Assembly (NCBI GenBank): GCA_001029755.1
Contig: CP011214.1
Coordinates: 1,754 to 65,753 of the forward strand
Origin: Candidatus Woesebacteria bacterium GW2011_GWF1_31_35
GTDB taxonomy: Bacteria; Patescibacteriota; Microgenomatia; UBA8517
Reading direction: 5' to 3'
Length of the DNA stretch: 64,000 nt
The notes beneath the pieces are model-generated. The model made no database searches, had not been told where the DNA came from, and saw only the letters and a list, made by a program, of their open reading frames with translations. Positions 49,904-56,476 of this stretch are shown one piece after another. Numbering within the stretch: the first letter of the stretch is position 1; each line of letters opens with the position of its first letter. Both the position numbers and the translations under genes were made by a program.

Positions 49904-50781
49904 TTTAAATCGAGAGTTTTTAGATACTCTCTAAAATCACCATTTAGATCTTTGTGTTTTAGAGCGAACTCAACAACAGTTTTTAGATATTCCAATTTAT
50001 TACCTGTGTCATAGTAAACTCCGTTTTCAATTTCACAAGCATATATTGGAATTCCTTGTTTTCTTAAGACATTAATTGCATCAACTAACCATATTTCTCC
50101 ACCCTTGGAAGGTTTTAGGTCTCTTAATGCTGGAAAAATTTCGGGAGGTAAAATATAGGCTCCATGTGTAGCTAAATTGGAAGGAGCTTCTTCAGGAAGT
50201 GGTTTTTCAATTATTTCTTTAATCTTAAAGACTCTATCCTCAACTGGTTCCAAGTCTGCAATGCCATATCTTGATAGTCTATCTTTAGACTCAATCCTAA
50301 CCCCAGAGATAACAACTCCTCCATATTTTTCATATACTTTCATCATTTGTTGTAGTCTTGGAGGATTAGAACTAATAAATTCATCGCCCCAAAGGACTGC
50401 AAAACTTTCCTTCCCTATAACAGACTCAGCAGATAAAACTGGGGTTCCATTACCATAAAGGCCTTTCTGTCTTACATATATAAAATTAGCCATTTCAGCA
50501 ATTCTTTTAACTTCTTCCAAGAGCTTTTCTTTGCCACCTTGAATAAGATTATTAATTAAATCGGCATTTGGCATATCGAAATGATCTTCAATTGCTCTTT
50601 TTGAAGAACCAGTAACAATTACAATGTCTTTAATTCCACTCTCAACAGCTTCTTCAACAACATATTGAATAACAGGTTTATCTACGATTGGAAGCATTTC
50701 CTTTGGCATAGCTTTAGTTTGGGGTAGAAATCTAGTTCCAAAGCCTGCTGCGGGTATTACTGCCTTTGTTACCTTTTTCAT
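49900..50781 (-). CDS. galU: Sugar-1-phosphate nucleotidyltransferase of the GalU (UTP-glucose-1-phosphate uridylyltransferase) type
   Basis: KAVIPAAGFGTRFLPQTKAMPKEMLPIVDKPVIQYVVEEAVESGIKDIVIVTG matches the GalU signature rather than short-form RmlA. Confidence 0.7.
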   Translation of the reverse strand: MKKVTKAVIPAAGFGTRFLPQTKAMPKEMLPIVDKPVIQYVVEEAVESGIKDIVIVTGSSKRAIEDHFDMPNADLINNLIQGGKEKLLEEVKRIAEMANFIYVRQKGLYGNGTPVLSAESVIGKESFAVLWGDEFISSNPPRLQQMMKVYEKYGGVVISGVRIESKDRLSRYGIADLEPVEDRVFKIKEIIEKPLPEEAPSNLATHGAYILPPEIFPALRDLKPSKGGEIWLVDAINVLRKQGIPIYACEIENGVYYDTGNKLEYLKTVVEFALKHKDLNGDFREYLKTLDLK

Positions 50782-50827
50782 AAGCTTAGCTTGTCTTTCA
50801 TATAGGGTACTTGTGATTATACAGAAC

Positions 50828-51088
50828 CTAACCTCTTAAAATCAATGATAGGATCATAACAAGACCTAAAATTGCAACAGCTACGTATTCTAAAATTACG
50901 GAAAGGTATATATCTTTATGAATTACATGATGAATTATTCCCCAAGAAACATATGATCCGGCTAATGCAATAGCTACTCCAATTTGAAAACTTTTATCAT
51001 ATGAGAATAAATAAAATCCTAAAACTCCTGCAAAAAATATTGCAAATAAAGAAATATAGTGAGGTATATGTTTTTTAAATGATTTCAT
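50828..51088 (-). CDS. Small membrane protein (86 aa, 2-3 TM)
   Basis: It is a hydrophobic ORF in an operonic position. Confidence 0.35.
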   Translation of the reverse strand: MKSFKKHIPHYISLFAIFFAGVLGFYLFSYDKSFQIGVAIALAGSYVSWGIIHHVIHKDIYLSVILEYVAVAILGLVMILSLILRG

Positions 51089-51120
51089 ATTAATTTTTAA
51101 AAAATTTTATTTATAAATGT

Positions 51121-52080
51121 TTATAATATTTTACCTGCTTTTAAGATTAAAATAATTGCCATAATCATACCTAAAAATGATACATGAGCAAAACTTCTGC
51201 CTGCAATTCTAGCAATACCTTTTTTTGATACAAAAAAACTATCAACCAAAAATACCACCACCAAAAGTCCCACAACACTTAAAGATATTGCCCTAGTTGT
51301 TGCAAATGGAGATATTATAAATTGTTGTATTTTTGATGTAGTAAAAATAGCCTCAACAGTAGAAACAGGTGAAGCTATTGCAATAATCGGAATTGGAGAA
51401 CTAGTTGGAGAAATAGTCGCAGCAATAGTAGGCTTTATTGTTGGTTTAATAGTTGGATTATCATTTATAGGATTGTTGGCAGCTACAGGCTGGGCAATAT
51501 TATCAACATAGGTTGATCCAAAAAATTGAACTATTATAGTTGTATCAACTCCAGCTAAATCTCCTTCAACTACCCCAATCCCAATTTCTTTGTATTTTGA
51601 ATTTAAAATATTTTCCCTATGAGTTGGGGAATTCATCCAAGCATCAACTGCAGAAGAAGCACTACTAAAGTCTCTTGCTAAATTTTCACCAGCGTATCTA
51701 TATCTATAACCAGCACTTGTAAAAAAACTCCAAGGCTGTGTTCCATCTGGAGCTATATGTGCCCAATAATCCTTTATAATCATATCATTTCCCTTAGATT
51801 GGGCAGCTACAGAAAGTGTTCCATTTAATGTTAATGAAGGTAAGCCTGCTTGGGCTCTTTTTTCGTTTGTAAGCCTTATAATTTCATCAGGTGAGATCTG
51901 GGAGGCATATCCTAAGATAGATGGACCCAATTTAGGTATAAAATTTAAAACAGCTTGGAAAAGAATAAAAAATGAGGCTAAAACTAATAAACCACTTGGA
52001 TGTAAAATTTTAGCCTTGTGGTTATTACTTGCTCGAGGCAAAAATAAATGAAGTGTTTTTTCTATAAAATCCATACACAT
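51121..52080 (-). CDS. CAP/SCP/PR-1 domain protein with Pro/Thr-rich linker (PTIKPTIKPTI) and C-terminal TM anchor
   Basis: It carries ...AAQSKGNDMIIKDYWAHIAPDGTQPWSFFTSAGYRYRYAGENLARDFSS...WMNSPTHRENIL. Confidence 0.65.
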   Translation of the reverse strand: MCMDFIEKTLHLFLPRASNNHKAKILHPSGLLVLASFFILFQAVLNFIPKLGPSILGYASQISPDEIIRLTNEKRAQAGLPSLTLNGTLSVAAQSKGNDMIIKDYWAHIAPDGTQPWSFFTSAGYRYRYAGENLARDFSSASSAVDAWMNSPTHRENILNSKYKEIGIGVVEGDLAGVDTTIIVQFFGSTYVDNIAQPVAANNPINDNPTIKPTIKPTIAATISPTSSPIPIIAIASPVSTVEAIFTTSKIQQFIISPFATTRAISLSVVGLLVVVFLVDSFFVSKKGIARIAGRSFAHVSFLGMIMAIILILKAGKIL

Positions 52081-52129
52081 TCATCATATCTTTTCGATTA
52101 GGAGAATTCAATCATTCTTCAATGAAAGT

Positions 52130-53509
52130 TTAGTTATTTTCAAACAAAATTGTTGGAGATGGTTCAGGACTTGGAGACGGACTTAGTGTCGGTGTTGGAA
52201 AAACTTCTGGAATAGGCGTAGGTGATGGACTTGAACTTGATTCAGATTCTACAGTTTGTGTAGAAAAAGAAGAAATTAAATCTTCTTCTGAAAGATTTGT
52301 ATATCCTGGTGTTCCATAATTATTTCCTTCAATATCCCAATATTTAGTACTATTGCAAGCAATATTTGTACAGGTATGCCATCCAGATGATAGATCACTA
52401 TTTCTTTCCATAGACTGTTCGACAGTTGCCGGCGAAGTATGTGTACCAGCAACCCATGACCCCATAGGGGTTTGGTCAATAATATTACCTGAAGCATCCT
52501 TAAGTATTAATTGCTCCCCAGGACTTTTAGTCAAATGTAGACTACTATCAATTTGATCTACTACCAATGAATGACTCAACGCAGATTTATCATCTATTGA
52601 TGCATAATGACTTAGAAGAAAATAACCATTAGCTTCAATCTTTCCATTTAAAATTATTTCGTTAGGGCCAGGACCTGCACCATAAAGTTTCCAGCCCGTT
52701 ATATCAATAACTTCATTAGTAGTATTTCTTAGTTCTATCCATTTATCTAATTCATGTACAGTTGAACCCATCCACATTATTTCATTAATAACAACACTCC
52801 CTATAACATCAGGTGTTGACCAATTACTAGTCGCTGAAAAAGTACTACCCCCAATTACAGCCACATCAGAAAAATAAGCATTTATAGGTTTGATTTGAAA
52901 AAGACCGAATCCTAATAAAAAGTAAATAAGTAACAAATCAATGGGTTTGTTTTTATGCAATTTTTCAGATTCTTCATATTTTTTTTCTACTTCTTTTTCA
53001 ATTGTCTTTTTAATATTTAATAATTCACTAATAATAATGAGAAGGGCAGGTAAAACCACCAAAAGACCAAAACCTAAAGGTTTTTTTATCCAAACAGATA
53101 AATAACCTAAAAAGGGTAAGGAAAAAATAACTTTACCTTTTATTTGAAATGAAGAAATTTCAGCAATATCTTCAATACTATTAGCATCCCCTTTTGTTTT
53201 AAAGACAGTCTCACCATTCTTCTTTTCAACTGCTACCAATCGGTGAGTAATTGATACGTTTGGATCTTCTGCTGAAATATATGTAATAATCTCTCCTTTT
53301 TTTAAAATTTCAGGATCAACTTTTTGAGTAAAAACTACTGAACCTACTTTGATTGCAGGTTCCATCGAACCGGACATGACTCTTAAAACTTGAAAGCTCT
53401 TAATTGGGTTAAAAGCAGTAAAAACCAACAATAAAACTATCGAAATCAAAACAACAGTTAATAACCATTGAAAAATATTAATTATTTTTTTTAATATATT
53501 TTTAAGCAT
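52130..53509 (-). CDS. sipW: SipW-type (archaeal/eukaryotic-type S26) signal peptidase I fused to a C-terminal lamin-tail domain (LTD) and Pro/Ser-rich tail
   Basis: The N-terminus has a TM helix then ...LRVMSGSMEPAIKVGSVVF...ITHRLVAV...GDAN (SipW/Sec11-like Ser/His). The C-terminus has VVINEIMWMGSTVHELDKWIELRNTTNEVIDITGWKLYG (LTD pattern), then SPSPTPIPEVFPTPTLSPSPSPEPSP. Confidence 0.7.
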   Translation of the reverse strand: MLKNILKKIINIFQWLLTVVLISIVLLLVFTAFNPIKSFQVLRVMSGSMEPAIKVGSVVFTQKVDPEILKKGEIITYISAEDPNVSITHRLVAVEKKNGETVFKTKGDANSIEDIAEISSFQIKGKVIFSLPFLGYLSVWIKKPLGFGLLVVLPALLIIISELLNIKKTIEKEVEKKYEESEKLHKNKPIDLLLIYFLLGFGLFQIKPINAYFSDVAVIGGSTFSATSNWSTPDVIGSVVINEIMWMGSTVHELDKWIELRNTTNEVIDITGWKLYGAGPGPNEIILNGKIEANGYFLLSHYASIDDKSALSHSLVVDQIDSSLHLTKSPGEQLILKDASGNIIDQTPMGSWVAGTHTSPATVEQSMERNSDLSSGWHTCTNIACNSTKYWDIEGNNYGTPGYTNLSEEDLISSFSTQTVESESSSSPSPTPIPEVFPTPTLSPSPSPEPSPTILFENN

Positions 53510-53526
53510 ATTTAAAACCTTTTATA

Positions 53527-53569
53527 AGTTACCCAAATCAGACCTATATTCTAGGCCCTTTCTGGGTAA
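53527..53569 (-). promoter_or_regulatory. Compound inverted repeat (GTTACCCA ... TGGGTAAC enclosing CCTA-tattc-TAGG) between the TasA-like gene and sipW; possible attenuator/partial terminator
   Basis: It was seen in the sequence. On the transcribed strand it is followed by an A/T-rich stretch, but there is no clean U-run. Confidence 0.25.
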
Positions 53570-53591
53570 CCTAAAAAACCTCAAACATAGT

Positions 53592-54227
53592 TTAAGGTGT
53601 TTGTACAAGGCCAAATACCGCATTCATGGTAACACTATCTCCTTGTATACTATTCCCTGCAGTAGTAGGAATTGACCACTCAATTTTAACACTGGCTGTT
53701 GTATTCATTTCCCCAACACTTTCACCAATCATTGGACCAAGTGTATAAGGACCATTGAATTGATCAACAGTACCATTTAAACCAGTATCTACAAAAAAAC
53801 CATTATGATCACCATCATAATAAACACGGAAATTTAAAACTCCAGCAAGATCACTCCAACCAGAAGTTCTATTTAAATCAATTGTTGCATTGCCATTAAT
53901 AGTACCATCATTCGCAATGTCTATTATTTGTACTCTAGTATCACCTGGTTTTAAATTATTTAGACCTGCCTGAGCCATAAAGTTATCATAACCTATCCCA
54001 ATTGTTGTATCCAAATAAGTTCTATAATCAGTACTAGAAATATCAAATCCATCAACCCAATTATAAGTGGCTGATCTTGGATCTTGATCTATCTTAAGAT
54101 CCATAGTTCCAGAAGAGAAAGTGGTTCCAAGAATTGACGCTGTATCACTAAAATAAGCAACTGTAGCAGTTGTTACTCCAGCGATAACCAAAGCAATCAT
54201 TGTTAGACTTAATAATATTTTTTTCAT
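53592..54227 (-). CDS. Secreted TasA/camelysin-like protein with SipW-cognate-class signal peptide
   Basis: The N-terminus MKKILLSLTMIALVIAGVTTATVAYFSDTASILGTTFSSGTMDLKI matches the SipW-cognate signal pattern (..GATGAYFSDTE...NTF.AGTLDL). A strong SD (AAGGAGGTGA) lies upstream. It is adjacent to sipW. Confidence 0.65.
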   Translation of the reverse strand: MKKILLSLTMIALVIAGVTTATVAYFSDTASILGTTFSSGTMDLKIDQDPRSATYNWVDGFDISSTDYRTYLDTTIGIGYDNFMAQAGLNNLKPGDTRVQIIDIANDGTINGNATIDLNRTSGWSDLAGVLNFRVYYDGDHNGFFVDTGLNGTVDQFNGPYTLGPMIGESVGEMNTTASVKIEWSIPTTAGNSIQGDSVTMNAVFGLVQTP

Positions 54228-54440
54228 GTTTTTTAATTATTCACCTCCTTTCATATATCCAAAAGAAATATGGAGAATTTTTAAAAAAAGAGTAATATCC
54301 TGAAGAAAAACAGGCTTTTCATCAACTGACAATGTATTTAACATACCAGTCATGAAACAAAGCCTTTTGGGGACAGTCAAAAAGTTAATTACAATATACA
54401 CTAACCATTAGAATAGTTGTCAAGTAGTATCCGTGTTATG

Positions 54441-54965
54441 TTATTGTAATCTATATGAAATAAATTGTCTGGGTTCACCAAACATTTGAACAATTACAGT
54501 ACGTGTCTGACCATTTACTACTCCAGTTGCTAAAGCTATTCCAGTTTCTTTGTAACGATTAGAAAGAAGGTTTTGTTTATGAGTAGGTGATGCTAACCAC
54601 GCACCTATTAAAGATCCAGTATCACCATAATCTCTCCCTAAATTTTCTCCAGCTAATCTACCTCTATATCCTGTTGCTAATATAAATTTCCAAGGAGTAG
54701 CCCCAGTTGTTGGATTATTATGAGCCCAATAACCATAGGAAATTAAATCTTGTGCTTTTCGTTGTGCAGCTAAAGTTAATAAATTATTTTTCTTTAAAGC
54801 TAATTGTCCATTTTGGATACGTGTCTGATTTACTTCATTATAAACATTTTCAACAGAAAGACCTGAAGCCTTTACTAAATTGGGTATAGCTAAAAATACA
54901 AATGCAAAAATAAAAATAGCACTTGAGATAATTATGCTTTTAAAAAAGTTATTCTTGTTCATCAA
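54441..54965 (-). CDS. CAP/SCP/PR-1 domain secreted protein
   Basis: It carries ...AAQRKAQDLISYGYWAHNNPTTGATPWKFILATGYRGRLAGENLGRDYGD...WLASPTHKQNLL. It has an N-terminal signal/TM. Confidence 0.65.
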   Translation of the reverse strand: MMNKNNFFKSIIISSAIFIFAFVFLAIPNLVKASGLSVENVYNEVNQTRIQNGQLALKKNNLLTLAAQRKAQDLISYGYWAHNNPTTGATPWKFILATGYRGRLAGENLGRDYGDTGSLIGAWLASPTHKQNLLSNRYKETGIALATGVVNGQTRTVIVQMFGEPRQFISYRLQ

Positions 54966-54970
54966 TGTAA

Positions 54971-55036
54971 GTGTGAAGATTAGTGAAGTAGCTTGCGTGA
55001 TGAGATAACTGACAAAAATATGTCAAAAAATGCAAA
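54971..55036. repeat. Copy 1 of a roughly 65-bp direct repeat carrying GTGAAGAT...TTGCGTGAT...AACTGACAAAAATATGTCAAAAAATG (TGACA-N6-TGTCA palindrome)
   Basis: It aligns by eye at roughly 75% identity with copy 2 (about 55189..55263). It lies in the 5' region of the CAP gene 54441..54965. Confidence 0.4.
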
Positions 55037-55062
55037 GTTTATTACTATCTATTTGTCCTTTT

Positions 55063-55158
55063 TTACTCTCCCAACATGTTTGGCTTAGATGGAATAATTG
55101 CCAAAGCAGCAAATACACCTAAAATATAGCCAACTGTAACCAATGCAAAATAAATCAT
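55063..55158 (-). CDS. Possible 31 aa single-TM micro-protein (MIYFALVTVGYILGVFAALAIIPSKPNMLGE)
   Basis: It is an ORF between the two repeat copies. It is hydrophobic, has no convincing SD, and is below the track size cutoff. Confidence 0.2.
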   Translation of the reverse strand: MIYFALVTVGYILGVFAALAIIPSKPNMLGE

Positions 55159-55188
55159 AATAATTATATTTTTTCTAACTTACTACTA

Positions 55189-55263
55189 TTGTGAAGATAA
55201 TTAAAATAGGTTGCGTGATAAACAAACTGACAAAAAATAGTCAAAATTGACAAAAAATGATAC
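55189..55263. repeat. Copy 2 of the roughly 65-bp direct repeat (…TTGCGTGATAAACAAACTGACAAAAAATAGTCAAAATTGACAAAAAATG), containing a TTGACA -35-like hexamer; immediately upstream of the plus-strand regulator gene
   Basis: See copy 1. Confidence 0.4.
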
Positions 55264-55276
55264 CATATGCTCCTAA

Positions 55277-56476
55277 ATGTCAAAACTTGAAAAATTAGTA
55301 GTCACCAAACAATATCTTGATGCCGAAAATAAGTGGGGACAAATACTTAATAATGGAGAAAGTCTTTCAATCCTATTTCCCCCTGTTTCAGATTGCCAAC
55401 GTAGAATTAGCCAATTTATTAGTGAACACAACAATGAATTTCTATTCTCAGAAGTAAACCCCCTTGATCTAGCTACTGAAGAATTAATTGACCTTGAAGC
55501 AAGTTTACTGATTCAAGCTAGGTTATTGTCTGAATTTAAAAAATTCCAAAGTTTTGAATCTTTAATTCATCATTTAGATAAAAACAAACGGCATTTAATA
55601 ATAACCTGTCCACTAGCTGATTTTTTGTTTACTCAAAAAGGCAAACAATATCTATCTTTAATTCAAAAAATTATTTTTCAATATACACCAACTCTTACTT
55701 GTTTTTTAGCATTTGAGACTGACATTATTCACCCTGATAATGCTGAATTGGTACGTAATTACCACATGCTTTTTCAACATATTGGTTATTACCCACTTTA
55801 CTCATCTACTGATACATCCACCTTTATTAATTATCTATGTCTAAAATGGGAAATTAAAATAAAAACAAAGGTTAAACAAGAAATTATTGAAAAATGTGGT
55901 GGATATTTTTGGTTAGTAAAAGAGGCTTTAAGACAAATTCGTGATAATGGTTCTTGGGAGATAAACTCAGAATCTTTCCAATATCGTTTGCAAACAATCG
56001 CCCAATCTTTAAAAGAGAGTGAATATATAACTATCGCCAAAATCTTAAGTAAAAGCCGTGGATTTGATGATGTTCAATTACACAGCAGAAAATATCTACA
56101 AAAGATAGGATTATTAGATAATAAATTCAATTTAACTGTCCCACTTTTAAAAGATACAATAATTAAGCTTGGAGCAAGTAAAAGAAAACTTATACTTATC
56201 AAAAATGAAATCTTTTTAAACCAAGTGCCTGTTAGTAATTTCTTTTCTCGAAAGGAATTCCGCATTATTAAATTACTTTTATCTCGCGAAGGAGAAACTG
56301 TCACTCGTGACGAAATTGCAGATGTAATTTGGTTAATGGATGTTAAGGAAAAATATTCAGAATGGGCAATTGATCAATTAGTTAAAAGATTACGAAATCG
56401 TTTGTCAGAACTTTTAATACCAAAAACAGTATTACGTTCTGTTCGTGGAAAAGGATATTGCTATGTTCAATCATGA
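55277..56476 (+). CDS. Transcriptional regulator with C-terminal OmpR/PhoB-type winged-helix DNA-binding domain and a roughly 300 aa N-terminal domain of unknown (possibly degenerate P-loop-like) fold
   Basis: The C-terminus FSRKEFRIIKLLLSREGETVTRDEIADVIW...AIDQLVKRLRNRL...VRGKGYCY is a trans_reg_C signature. The N-terminal region has no receiver-domain residues and no Walker A motif. Confidence 0.6.
   Translation: MSKLEKLVVTKQYLDAENKWGQILNNGESLSILFPPVSDCQRRISQFISEHNNEFLFSEVNPLDLATEELIDLEASLLIQARLLSEFKKFQSFESLIHHLDKNKRHLIITCPLADFLFTQKGKQYLSLIQKIIFQYTPTLTCFLAFETDIIHPDNAELVRNYHMLFQHIGYYPLYSSTDTSTFINYLCLKWEIKIKTKVKQEIIEKCGGYFWLVKEALRQIRDNGSWEINSESFQYRLQTIAQSLKESEYITIAKILSKSRGFDDVQLHSRKYLQKIGLLDNKFNLTVPLLKDTIIKLGASKRKLILIKNEIFLNQVPVSNFFSRKEFRIIKLLLSREGETVTRDEIADVIWLMDVKEKYSEWAIDQLVKRLRNRLSELLIPKTVLRSVRGKGYCYVQS

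Noticed and set aside
54228-54440. Promoter assignment in the 213-bp gap upstream of the TasA-like gene (TTGACT / TGACA-containing stretch).
   Set aside because: Several -35-like hexamers exist but no convincing -10 follows at proper spacing. Only the strong SD (AAGGAGGTGA) is reported, in the feature evidence.
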